This document shows, in pieces, positions 26,021 to 39,400 of a stretch of 64,000 bases of DNA. The translations under genes and the position numbers were made by a program. The number at the start of each line of letters is the position of its first letter. The first letter of the stretch is position 1. The notes below the pieces were generated by a model that saw only the letters and a program-made list of their open reading frames with translations, had not been told where the DNA came from and did no database searches. Source of the stretch: the human T2T-CHM13v2.0 reference genome, Homo sapiens; NCBI RefSeq assembly GCF_009914755.1, contig NC_060925.1; one strand, given 5' to 3'.

Positions 26021-26394
26021 TTCAGGGACCTCCATCCAAGAATGCAAAGCTGCATTGTGAAGGCTTCACTCTGGAGGGGAAAAATAAGAATCCAACTACA
26101 TTCTCCATCATGGCTTTCCTCAATTCCTCCATAGTTGATCAAGGCCTTTCTGCGGGCCCCCTTCTTCCCCTTCTCTCCACCTCTTCTGGTTCCCTTCTTC
26201 CTGCAGTCCACTTCAGCCTGAGCAAAGTAGCCATCTTTGGCTTTAGTTTTAACTCTGTATCTGGTTAGTTCATCCATTTTTCGTGCGGCAAAGAACAAAT
26301 TTTTGTATCATAAAACTTAATTGGGGTGGCTAAACCAAAGATATCTTTTCTATCATTTCTTATTGGGATAAAAGAAGTAAAGTGGAACAACACA

Positions 26395-26556
26395 TCTCTC
26401 TCACACACACACACACAATATGTGCACATACAGACACACACAAATATATACGTATACAGACACATATACACAACACACACAAATATATGCATGTTCAGAC
26501 ACACACACAAATTTATGCATATTACACACACACACACACACACACATACACACACA
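26395..26556. repeat. Degenerate (CA)n/(TA)n low-complexity tract
   Basis: Direct reading. It explains the His/Thr- and Cys/Val-rich ORFs here. Confidence 0.9.
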
Positions 26557-26559
26557 AAG

Positions 26560-26750
26560 GGTTCTGAAATTATGATTCTATTCTTGTCCCCAAAATGTGC
26601 TAGTAGTGTGATCTTGCACAAGTTTTGCTGCCTCTCTGTCCCTCAGTTAATGCATCTATAAGTGGAGATGATAATACTTGCCCTACTGACCTCACAAGAA
26701 TTCTGTGGCAATGAAATAAAAAAAACAGATGTGAAAATACTATGTAAATT
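26560..26750 (+). mobile_element. MIR
   Basis: gtgtgatcttgcacaag...cctctctgtccctcagtt...catctataagtggagatgataatacttgccctac. Confidence 0.8.
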
Positions 26751-29079
26751 ATCAGCTACATGGATACGAAGCATTCTTCTCGTTTTTTATTATGGCGCTG
26801 AAAGCAAGCCAGCCTTGCCTTGCTTCTGAAAGATTTGCCATGTACAAATTAAAAGTAGGTAATCTGCAGATGATTGAGATGTGTTTCTCTCTCAGTGCCT
26901 TGTGGAAAGAGAGGAATCCCAGAGCAAAACTAAAATCAAATGATCTTCTCGTATATTTCAAATTTACAGAAAGCAGTAGCCACTGCATTGTTAAACATGT
27001 GGAATCCAGCACATGGAAACTGTGGAAGATCAATTAGTTTTGCTTGTTTGTTTCTGAAGAGCAGAATTTTCATTCAATATTCAAGTGTGCATGCTCTCAT
27101 TCTCTGTTTTTATTCCTAATGCTTTCAAATTACAGTGCAAAGCCCCAAAGCTGATGAAGTAATATTTTTTAAAAAATTACTATTTTCTTCAATAACAATA
27201 TAGAGAGTTGTTTTCTGAAAGATGAAGGATGGTGGTTGAAATGTTTAATGTTCCTGTATAATTTACTAATGTTTTCAGAAATAGAAATGTAATGTCAGTG
27301 GCAGATGCATCATACAAGTGAAAAAAATTAAATTACTTAAATGTGTTACTTCTTGTTAAGAGAGAAGTGAGATAATGCTTAATTTAGGTTTTCACTCTCT
27401 TTGGATTTATTGTAATATGTATAATAAATATTCTACTAATTTGAGAATATGTATTTTTTCAAATGTGTATAACCATATATAAAATCATTAAGATTCCTAT
27501 TTATCATCTCATCTCCCCAAACTCTTCTGATGACAGCCATTGATGTTATTTTCAGGCTAGCTTGGGTTGTGAGGTGATCTTGACCAGAGTTGAACATACA
27601 TTAACTGTCTACACCCCTCAGCCCTCAACTGATGGGATCTTGTCTTAACAGTATGGTTATAGAATGAGATTTTGTAGTAGATTAGTAAATCCATAGATTT
27701 TGTTCATCAACTTTCAGCCTTCTGAAATTAATCTGTAACCTCATTTTGTAACTATAACCATCAATTTGTCTTCTGCCTTGGTTTCCCCACTTAGCACTCT
27801 TGTATCCTACTGCACTACCACACTAAAGTTTGAACATAAAGCCCTGCCTGCTTGGATAAAGCCCTGGTAAACTACTATACCCCTGTGACAGCCCTTCACT
27901 GGAATCTTGGAGAGCGTTCTTCATTCTCCTCACAAACTATCTAAAGATCATGAGCCCTGCTACTATACCATAGCATCAAGAGCCATAGAACATAGCACCC
28001 TAAATCTTGCCCATCATACTACAGTGCACCTCCCCCAACCTGACATTTCAATGTTCAAGAGTAAAAGATGTGCAAATGTAATAAACACACACATTAACTC
28101 AGTTATGTTTTATGTTGATCACTGGCCCTCACAGTGGGAGACACTTCTCTTGCAGGTGTACTTATGACTGGACTCATATCATACTTCCTGATTTTCATGC
28201 AAAAATGTTGCCTACATCTCCATAGTTATATTCTACCAGCTAGCTTAGATATCCCTCCTCAGCCTGAAATTCTGTCCTTTTCCTCCCTACAGATGGGTTG
28301 GTGTCTTTAGCTCCATTCTTTATGTTTTTGGATTCTGCTCCTTTTCCCAAAGACTATAGCATGATCCTCCCTGTGTACTGTGCTCTACAATACTTCAAAA
28401 GAAAGAAAAAGATGAAAACTCCAAGCAGCTGAGTCTATAAATTTTATAAGAACTTTTTCTAGTATCACCTACAGCATTAATACATGATATGTCTTTTATA
28501 TAATATGGCAAAATTAAATACAGCTCTTTGTTGGTTTCTTTAATAGGTTTTAGTTTGTACTTTGTAGAGGAGGTTAAAGGTATTTAAAGTCAGGTAAGAA
28601 TCATCTTCAATTTATTTAATATCTTCTACACTCATTTGCATGTTCCTTGAACTAATTAAGTTCTTTACAAAGAATATATATTATACAATGAAAAGCAGGA
28701 AGGATGTCTTTAGTATTGAGACACTCTTATCATATCAATCCTGGCACTGTCTAGATGACTATGATAAGCCATTCATTTCTTTGAATTTCAGTTTTATCAT
28801 CTGTAAAACAAATGGGGTAAACTAACTTATATACAAAGTGCCTTATATTCTAATGTTTCATGGTGGAATTTAAAAGCCAAACAGTTGTAGTAAAAAAAAT
28901 TATCAATTAGAACATTTGGTTTATTCTGAATTAGGGTTAAAGGCTAATACAGATATTTCAATGTAGCTGAAGTCACTGCTATTGTATATTAATGCAGGCT
29001 TGCTTCAATAGCAGTGTGGTGGCTAACACAAGAACCAAAAGACAATTGTCTACTTATTTCTTATTCTTAGAGGTATAGC

Positions 29080-29320
29080 ATCTATTGCTATGGTAGTAGA
29101 GATGTCACAAAAAAGGCCTTGGGCTGGGTAATTTGGGAATATCTGTATACTTTAGGCAAATTATGTTACTTATTCAAGATTCAGTGCCTTCAGCTGAGAA
29201 ATGGACATAATTTTAACTATCTCACACATTTCATGGAGTTGTGAGAAGGCAATTTAACTTGTGAGAAGGCAATTTTACTTATGTGAAAGCAATTTGTAAA
29301 TACTGCATGCTAATCAAATG
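29080..29320 (+). mobile_element. MIR
   Basis: actttaggcaaattat...tcagtgccttcagctgagaaatgg...gttgtgagaag. Confidence 0.65.
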
Positions 29321-29386
29321 TAAACTAACGTAAAAAATATAAAACAACTTCTAAACGAATCAAAGTATTGGCATTATTACCTAAAG

Positions 29387-29794
29387 CAGGGTGGCAAGCC
29401 TAATACCTATGGAGCTAGGTGTTGCCATCTGGAAAAGCGAATAGGTGGTACATGATGGCTGGCATCAGACACTGCACCTCCACTTTGCAAAAGTCCTATC
29501 AAGTTATGGGGACTGTGGCAAACTAGAAAACACATGCACTGTCTAAAGAACTAGCGACTACTGATCTCCAATTGATCATTGCCATGTGGAAAGGCAGACT
29601 CAGTGTGGGGAGAATTTTCAGTTTGTGTGTATGTATGGAGTCTGGAAATCCAGATTAGTAAGTACAATTTCTCAGTATTTAGATGTTGGTAACTGTTCAA
29701 ATTTAAAACACTGTGTGAATCAACGTTAGATATGTCAAATAAAATATACTTGCAGGCCGAATTTGGTCTGAAGGCCACCAATTTCCAACTTCTG
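29387..29794 (+). mobile_element. MER102 (hAT-Charlie)
   Basis: gggactgtggcaaactagaaaacacatgc...tgtctaaag...gcaggccgaatttgg...aacttctg. Decayed 8-bp TSD acctaaag/acctaagc. Confidence 0.85.
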
Positions 29795-30016
29795 ACCTAA
29801 GCCTTAACTATCCCTATAGCTCAAATCCTTGCTGAACGCACATGTGAGACTTCCCAGTCATTTTGAGGACAGCTTCTTCCACTTAGCAGTAATGATCACA
29901 AGGGATTTAATTTAAGACTTGGGTGAATGAAGCCAGAGACCCCTGGAGAAACATGGGATGACAGTTCTCAGGAACGGAAAATGCAAGATTGTTGAACAAA
30001 TCAGCATCTTGCTTAC

Positions 30017-30070
30017 CATCCGGAAAGGAGATTCCCTGGATGCCTATAAGGATGGTTACCAAAATAATAG
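30017..30070 (-). other. Candidate 54-nt frame-preserving cassette exon
   Basis: Minus strand reads tctaactgtgtgtcgccAG|CTATT...CCGGATG|GTAAGC. Two frames are open. The gene is not recognised. Confidence 0.3.
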
Positions 30071-30419
30071 CTGGCGACACACAGTTAGATTCTATTATGG
30101 TGCACAACAGCATATTCCATTTTCCGATTCCCAAGAAATCTTTTCTTTCATTGGTCCTATACTACAGATCATTTTTGAAACTCTCATGTTATTTTATCAT
30201 AGAGCAGACTGCATGCTTCATGAACACTGAGTGTCTAATTCATCCTTGAATGTTCCATGGTGGTTAAGTGTATCTTATGTATAATGTCAATGAGTCTTGT
30301 TAAATACTGAACAAATCTGTGATTCCTATATATGCCAGAACGCAGCATATTTTCCGAAGACCATGTGGTATAGTTCAAAACAAAACCAAACAAAATAAAG
30401 GCAGAGAAAGAATGAGGGA

Positions 30420-30580
30420 AGAATCAACAAATTTGGTTATACTGGTTCTACTACAGGCTCTACAATTATGTAGCTGAGTGATCTTGAGCTCGTCACTTCA
30501 AATCTCCAGGACTCTATTTCATCACTGTAACATGAGAAGGTTCAATTAGATACAAATTTACCTTCTAATTCTATGCCTGA
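30420..30580 (+). mobile_element. MIR fragment
   Basis: gtagctgagtgatcttgagc...tcacttcaaatctc...tatttcatcactgtaacatgag. Confidence 0.65.
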
Positions 30581-31284
30581 AATCAACAATGATGCTTACT
30601 GAATACAAATCCTTTGGGAAACACTAGGACTCTTCTTCACTTTTTGCTTTGTAAAGATCCTGAGTCAGACACCTTAAGCCATTTTTTTGATTCCCAGGTT
30701 CATTTTCTGATTTGGTTTCAGATGAAAAATGGTTGCTCTGTCCTGCAGAACTGGTTTTTGTAAAGCTCCAAGGTATACATCCCTTTATTCCATTTATAGA
30801 CATGTTAATTATCTAGTCAAATAACACCCAACCCAGGTCCAGCTACCCAAGAGGTCAAAGAAAGTACAATAAAACATTTTCCTAGTGGGAAATTCCAAGA
30901 AACAAAACCAGTCTCTGGAGCTGCTGAGATAACATTAATGTGGAAATGCATTTCCTGACTTCTGCTCAGAGATAGAACTACCCTGGAAGCCAGAAGACAG
31001 GTACCCCAGGAATTTCGATAGATGCCTGACAGGCCAGCATTCATCATTCAGTCCACCATGAGAAATGGTGCCTGGAGACTGATGTTATCAAACTGCTTAA
31101 TCTCACTCTCATCACATAGCCTTTTCCTGAACCTTGCTACACATTGTTCCGGAAGAGAGACAGTCATACATTTGCCTCTGATGGCAGTTTCTGATCATCA
31201 GTAACCAAGGCCAGACCCAGGTCTACTTGTGCAGTAGAAAGGCATGTATTTAGTGTTTGTAGCCACTTTATTTTGGACATTTGC

Positions 31285-31820
31285 TTATTCACTTACTTCA
31301 ACATTTATTTATTACATTCAACAAACATTCATTGACTACCTTCTGTGGCCAAGAACAGTTCTGTTCCTTGAGATCTAAATATGAATTGTATATTTGTTGA
31401 ATGAATAATGTGTGAGTGAATGAGCAAGAGGCATAGTTCCTGCCCCCAGTGCACTCCTATTCCAGTGTGAAAGACCATTAAAGAGACCATTATAGTTTTT
31501 TTATGGTGAGTGCTATGGAAAAGATGGGTAGAATGTAATGAAGCCCATACAGGGCTACTGATGCTCTCTCAGAGGCTCATGTAAACTTTCTCAAGTGGAA
31601 GGAGCCCACGGCAGTTGAATAGAGCAGCCAGCCTCTCAGAATGATGGTCTGATGTAAAAGGTCTGAGGTTCTTAGCCAAGGTTTGAGGTCCTTAGCCAGT
31701 AGACAGCTAGTTCAACCTTGACATGAATGAGATCACTAGGAGGAAGGGACAGAGTGGGGAATGAAACAAGAGGCTAGAGATCAGGATCCTGGGGAAGGAC
31801 AGTGTTTAAGGGCACAGTCT
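31285..31820 (-). mobile_element. L2 fragments
   Basis: cattcaacaaacattcattgactacc is the reverse-complemented L2 terminus. gaatgagatcactaggagg follows. Confidence 0.65.
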
Positions 31821-33169
31821 GAGCCTTCTCCTTGCATCAGTGTGGCCTGAATTACTAATTTGCAACATACCAGACACGCTGTGTTTTCCACCTCCATGCC
31901 TGCAACCCTGATCAAATCTCTTCTCTAGGTGTTTCCCACATTTAGGTGAAACGGATGAACATTACTTAAATTATTAGTCTTCAGTGGCAAACTAGGGAAA
32001 GTTGTAGAATACCAATGATATTATATATACAATCAAGGCTGGAATTCTGATTGTGGAATTTCAAAAATGAAGCAAAAGGCAAAGGAGGATTTTCAAGCGA
32101 ATAAGTTGTTTCTGCCGGCTGTGAAATCATACCTGTTGTGCCCTCTGCCTGTGAGTCAAGTCTAGTTCATCTACTGTATCTATAAATATTTCAGGTTTGT
32201 GTATTAAAAAGAAATCTAGTGTTGCCATAGTAAACATATTATGAGAATGAAAACACTAGGTTATTATTGATATTATTATTAATAAGAGTCCTATTAAATC
32301 AGGCATTATGACAAACGCTTTACATACATTGTCTCACCTAATTCTCAAAACCAAGATTTAGAGTAAAGAAGCAAGAAGCATGGCTGAAACGTTTAGTTGC
32401 CTTATATAGGAAAATATTTGAAAAATCCCACTTCAGGAATTTGAGGCTGTATTAGAACTATTAGGTAATTTTTTTAAATGATACTTAATATTTTATAGAT
32501 TATTAGTTTATGTATTAATATAACTAAATGACACAAATTAATTTTATTAAAATAAACTGACATATTATTGGAGAGATTCAAGTACACAGCAAATAGTTGG
32601 CATTCTGCTATTAAGTCATGGTAATAATTCTGATGACTTTCTTATTATATTGCAAATAGTGGCTCTATGCCCCTAGGAAAAAAAAATTCTGCTCTAATGC
32701 CCATCCAAAATAATTATTGTCATCTTAAAGGGATGTGTGCTTCATTGGATAAATCAAATAAATGAATTTTCATTTGGAAGTCCATCTGGTGTGCTGGGGA
32801 AGAAACCAAGCAAAAATAAGGAGTTTCCTTGGCTTTCTGTGGGCACTCCCCTATGTGACCTTGTGCAAGTCACTTACTCTGCTTGCACAGCAGCACTTGC
32901 TGCAAATAGTTATTAGAGTGAAGGATGTTTCACAGAGAAAAGCATCACACATCTGAGTCCTCTGGAGAATGTTGGAAGATTGAGCTCTTATAAAGCCCAG
33001 AGAAGAGCAGCTGAAGACAAGGAAAAGAGCACATTACATTTACCATTCCTACTTTGCTCCTTTTCCTGCCCCCTAGTTAGCCATTCCTTCCCCTTCATTT
33101 ATGTAGGGGGACTTTTCTGGCTGCAAGCACTCTTCCCCGATGAGTACAATAATCAAAATTTATAATCTT

Positions 33170-33390
33170 AATTTAATAATCTTAATTTATTGAGGCCTTA
33201 GTATGGCCCACAAATTATTCTAAATGATTTACATACACCAAGCCATTTAACCTCACAAAACCCTGTGAGTTGCATATATTATCACCTGCAATGTACAGAA
33301 AAAGAAACTGCACAAAATCATACTAATTCTAAAAAGCCAGGATGGGATGTAATCCTAGGCAGTCTGACTCCACATTTTACCTTTAATGTT
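33170..33390 (-). mobile_element. MIR
   Basis: atttattgaggc...catttaacctcacaaaaccctgtgag...aggcagtctgactcca. Confidence 0.75.
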
Positions 33391-33639
33391 ACACACAAGT
33401 TGATTTCTTCCAAAGTGTACTTCTATGATAGTATTCAGAATCATTCATTGCACTTGTGTTCATTTTAGTGTTTCCATATTACGTTTTAAACCCCCTTAGG
33501 GAAAGGAATATATTTTACTTACCTGTTTACTCAGGACTTAGCAGTGTCTGATACATAAAAGGCCTTAGGATGGCTAAATGAGTGTACAACAATGTTCCCT
33601 AAGAGCATGATGTAACTTTGGAGACATTTATTAAAACAT

Positions 33640-33825
33640 AAGTTTTAAATCCAAGACCCCCAGAGAATCAATGGATAGGTTTCAAAGAGTCCACAGCCCC
33701 CTCACTTCCAATAATTGTATGCAATACATTTTAAACAAACATTTTTTTCCTCTAGGGAGGGATTCTATGTACCCCTCAATGATATCTAAAGGGTACTTTC
33801 CCAAAAAAGTTTAAAGGGCAACTGG
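33640..33825. mobile_element. MER103-like hAT fragment
   Basis: tttttcctctagggagggattc...ctaaagggtac...ccaaaaaagtttaa...actg. Confidence 0.55.
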
Positions 33826-34648
33826 GAGCCTTGAAGCAATTGACCACTGGGAATCAGTTTCCCTACCTGATTTGACTAGAAGTAGGATTATGCTAATAAT
33901 TATTACAGGAGTTAAATGGCTAAATTGTTTTGCCCTTAGCCATATGGAACTATAACAAAATGCCAAATTTAATTATACATAGAGAAAGTCAGTTTTTAAA
34001 CAATATTTATTATTAAAATAGAGACATTTAAAAATAACAACAAATATTAAAGTAAGTAAAATTCAGTTAATAATGTTTAATTAGATGATTTTTTTTCAGA
34101 AATACTGTGTTTATGTTTTCATGTTGACCAATTTTTTGTGGATTTATTTTTGTTCATGTTAATTATTAATTACAAAGAAATTAACAAAATTGATCAGATA
34201 ACAATGCACATTAGACTTTTAGTTGAATAAAAAACCAAAAATAACTCTGGGATTATTTTTTTCCCCCTGGATATAGCCTATGGTAATATGCAATCTATTT
34301 TGTGCTCCTCTAGTTTCCGTTGATACCACTTGATAGAGGTCTTTTTTTTTTTTTTTTTAAATGATATAGACTCTTTTTCTTTTGTTTGGATTGATTTCTC
34401 ATTTGAAAAATGCTTGTTTTCTCAGATTGGAGGATTTCTTAAGTGCCTAAGAAGATGACGGGAGAAAGATTCAGAAGCAGCAATTAAATTAAATTCAACA
34501 TGCATCCACTGAGCACTTCTTGTTTCCCTAGAACTCTACAGAGACCCCAAGAGATATTTACCAGGAAGGTAAACATAGTCTTTTCCTAACAAAAACCCTT
34601 ATATCCAAGAAGGTAGTTTATGGGTGTTCTTAAATATCAAACTTGGTG

Positions 34649-35181
<533 letters not shown>

Positions 35182-35934
35182 GTTGCTGGTTTAGAATTGA
35201 TGTATAGGCAAGAAATGCCTGCAGTAGATACTTGAGCAGGGAAGGATAATTATCAAAATGGAAATCTGACTCTGGCAGAGTTCTGAAAGCTGAATGAAAA
35301 TGAGATGAAGCTGTATGAATGAAAGCTGTTGTAGAAGACTTTTGTGGTTACCTATCAGAACTCAGTATAAGTATGGGGTGGTTCTGTGTTTGCAGAAATG
35401 ATAATGAAGGAATGAAAATAAGAGATATATGAGAAAGATTCTGAGATTTGGAAGACTATATTATTCTCGTCAGTCATGAAGCTGGCCAGACTCACAACCC
35501 CTTCTGGGGAAACTGTCTCATTCACGCACTTACTGAAGGAACAGCCTTGTGTTTATTACTACATGCCCCCCACCTTTCTGGACATAGTTAATTTATTCAA
35601 TAATACACTTTGGCCATGAGGTCAGTCAATCTATATGTTCAGGCTATGAATTGACCTGGTGTGAAATAACAAGTCAATCAAAGTCTTTCTCTCTGAAATT
35701 TAAATTAACAAATGCCAGATGAGGACTGACATTTGGTTCTATGGTTAGAAATCATAGAAATTGAAATGGAAAAGATACACCAAGATAGAAATAAGTAGAA
35801 TATGCATAATATTAGAATTGGAGTACATTCATTGGATATATTTTGGCCAAAATGATGATGGCATAAATAAGTTAAATGTTTGTTTCTAAATCTTATGTCA
35901 GACCAGGAATTAGCAGTCCAGAGCTGAGTAGGCT

Positions 35935-36497
35935 GATGGCCTACTCTGTGTTCTCCCAAATACATATCCATGATGGAAACTTATTTTCAGGGAGTTTATT
36001 TTGTTTATGATTTCAGAGAACGAGAATGAGGGACAAGGAAAGTGAGATAGTAAACGAGAATGAGGGACAAGGAAAGTGAGATAGTAAAGGAGAAAAAGCC
36101 ATTATAGGGACACATTACTGAGCAGTAGGACCTCAATTCCACTGGCATCTTTCGAGAAAAATACAGAATGCCTACCAGAATGATTCAGTTGAAAAATGGG
36201 AGATGGGAGCATTTGTACACCAGCGTCCATTTCTTATCCTTTGAGCATTGTTCCTAGAGGTATTAACCCTCCAACATCTTAGAAGATAATGCATTCTGCC
36301 AAAGCAAGTTTCTGCCAGGGATCTACATGTGAGGGAAGCTCTAGGGCAGTAACAAAACCCACACAAACATTCTTGAAGGGAAGCCCTGCCAGCACAAAGT
36401 TGGTTGAACCCTATATGGAACTGTCCACTATTGTCGTGGCATGAAACACATGCATACTAAGATGATGTTGGTTGGGGCAGCAGAGATATCTGACACA
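35935..36497 (-). mobile_element. LTR16-like ERVL LTR (3' LTR of provirus)
   Basis: gtttattttg...ggaaagtgagatag...ctcaattccactgg...gagcatttgtacacc...atctgacaca, followed by gtccacccc (reverse-complemented polypurine tract). Confidence 0.75.
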
Positions 36498-39400
36498 GTC
36501 CACCCCTTACATTGTGCAAATTAGTTCATTCCTACATAAAGTTCGATCTGTTGATGAATCTTCAAGGCAATGGCTGGCTGCAACCTTTGCAAAAGATTTA
36601 ATAAACAAGGGTTACTGAAAAAAGCTACGGTGTCATTGCTGCAATTAGTCCAGTGGCTTTAACTGATATTCAGAATCTCTTCCTTCCACCATACATTCTA
36701 GATTTCTCTTACTGTTGCCTGGAACTTCTGTTGATATAGGTTGTTTGCTTGGTGAGGTGACCAAAACCTTCATTTCTGAGTTATCTGAGTCTACAGTTTG
36801 CCTTGCTCTTATTATATTATGGTTGCTGAATTGTCTGTTCACCATTTCATCCAAGAGCAATGTTTGGTTGTATAAGGAATGGCCTAGAACCCTGTGGATG
36901 TGGGTTGTCTTCCTCAAAACAGACAACTTTATGAGTCACTCAAAAATTAGGTCAAAGCAACATTTGCAGTCATGGCATGTGTGACCTCCAAAATCCAAAG
37001 AAGCCTAAACTACAAAGTACATATAAGGGATATTCACTCACATTCCGATCTATTGAATCCCTAAACACTTAACTAAAGTGTCAAGTCCTTGAAATGTTGA
37101 AACTGCCTTAAATTTATCATTCACCCTTCTGGCATGTATGCGTCTTATTAGGATATCCAGAGTATTTGCTATTCTCTGTCCACTAGGTCCAATTAGAATT
37201 ATCATTAGACATTGATATAGTGGACTAACATGATGTTTCTGAGGAATGTCAAGATGATTAAGGTCACTGCAGATTACAGTGTGGAAGAGAGCAAAAGAGT
37301 TAACCTAGTGCTTGGACAAGACAATAGATATGTTCAGCTGTTGTCTTTATGTAAACATGAACAGTTTCCGGTAGAAAAGAACACATTTGGCAGATTAATA
37401 GGGGCAATCAAGTGTCAATTTCAGTAAAGATACCACATTCAGCATAACAGCTGCTATTGGGGCTACTAATCGATTAAGCTTATGGTGATTCACAATTATT
37501 TACGTCTGATTATGATTCATTTGATTTTTCAGATATCCAACAGTGGGACTAAGTGGGAATATGATGAGACCACACTCCTGCAAACTTTAAGTCTTTGAGT
37601 ACAACACCAATTTTTGCAATTCTTTCAAGGATGAATTATTACTTCTATTTTACTATAATGGCAAGAGAGTATGGAGGGATGTTTCAGAGGCTTCCATTAG
37701 CCCTATATAAAATAATTGCTTCTAAATTCCACAGGTTAGAAAACCAGTGTGAATATTTTGCTAGCTTTTAAGTATATACATCTCAATTACACATTTGGCA
37801 AATAACTACTGGGTTTGTGTAGCTATATATTTTGCCCCTCTCCCCAAGTCCTTAACTCCTCTAAGATCAACTCTCTGCTTGTACTTATTGGCCAAGTACT
37901 ACAATTCTTTGGATTGAGTAAGCCATTTCCTTCTGAAACATGGACAATACTCCCTTACCTGGGTTATGATAAGCCCTGATCCTAGTTTTCAGTCAATAAA
38001 GATATGTAGGGACAGATTTTAAAGATAGGCATCATTTTTTGAAGCATTTGCCTTGGTTAATGTATTTGCATGGTTCCTCAATAAAGGGAAGCTGGTTTCC
38101 AGCTAGAGCTGGCGTGCTTCTGCAGGTCCAGATGATTTTGTTTTAGTTTTATTTTTCCACAAATTATTGGGGTGCAGGTGGTATCTGGTTACATGAGTAA
38201 GTTATTTAGTGGAGATTTGTGAGATCCTGGTGCACCCGTCACCCAAGCAGTATACCCTGCACCATATTTGTTGTCTTTTATCCCTTGCCCTCCCTCGCTC
38301 TTTCCCCAAGTCCCCAAAGTCTATTGTATCATTCTACCCCTTTGCATCCTCATAGCTTAGCTCCCACATATCAGTGAGAACATAAGACATTTGGTTTTCC
38401 ATTCCTGAGTTACTTCACTTAGAATAATAGTCTCTAGTCTCATTCAGGTCATTGCAAATGCTGTTAATTCATTCCTTTTTATGGGTGAGTAGTACTCACC
38501 CATAAAAGGGTCTAGATCCTAGTCTAGAAGGGTTTTTCCAATGTTTTCTTCATGATTTTGCTATTGTGAATTGTGCTGCTCTAAACATGCATGTGCAAGT
38601 ATCTTTTTCAAATAATGACTTCTTTTCCTCTGGGTATACTCAGTAGTGGGATTGCTGGGTCAAATGGTAGTTCTACTTTTGGTTCTTTAAGGAATCTCCA
38701 CACTGTTTTCCATAGTGGCTGCACTAGTTTACATGCCCACCAGCAATGTAGAAGTGTTCCCTGATTGTTACATCCACTCCAACATCTACTTTTTTTTAAT
38801 TCTTTGATTGTGACCATTCTTACTGGAGTAAGGTGGTATCACATTGTGGGTTTGATTTGCATTTCCCTGATCATTAGTGATGTTGAGCATTTTTTCATAT
38901 GTTTGTTGGCCATTTGTATATCTTCTTTTGAGAATTGTCTATTCATGTCATTAGCCCACTTTTTGATGGGATTGATTTTTTTCTTACTTATTTGTTTGAG
39001 TTCATTGTAGATTTTGGATATTAGTCCTTTGTCAGATGTATACATTGTGAAGATTTTCTCCCACTCTGTGGGTTGTCTGTTTACTCTGCTGACTGTTCCT
39101 CTTGCCGTGCAAAAGCTCTTTAGTTTAATTAGGTCCCAACTATTTATCTTTGTTTTTATTGCATTTGCTTTTGAGTTTTTGGTCATGAAATCCTTGCCTA
39201 AGCCAATGTCTAGAAGGGTTTTTCCAATGTTTTCTTCTAGAATGTTTACAGTTTCAGGTCTTAGGTTTAAGTTCTTAATCCATCTTGAGTTCATTTTTGT
39301 ATAAGGAGAGAGATGAGGATTCAGTTTCCTTCTCCTACATGTGGCTAGCCAGTTATCCCAGCATCATTTATTGAAAACGGTGTCCTATCACCACTTTATG

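Noticed and set aside
25810-26298. Longest ORF in the track (162 aa, minus strand)
   Set aside because: Its C-terminal part runs through an L2 fragment, it has no recognisable domain and the listed start is not an ATG. Probably a chance ORF.
26265-26661. His/Thr- and Cys/Val-rich ORFs (also at 60789-61204)
   Set aside because: They are translations of (CA)n repeats.
33516-33525. Other strong minus-strand donor motifs (here, about 4525, 37955, 51293, 54890)
   Set aside because: They lie inside repeats or have no convincing paired acceptor. They show the background rate of such motifs.
38839-39294. 151-aa ORF with clear protein-like sequence
   Set aside because: It is an L1 ORF2p fragment of a truncated, frameshifted L1PB, not a host gene. 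The same applies to 9004-9333.
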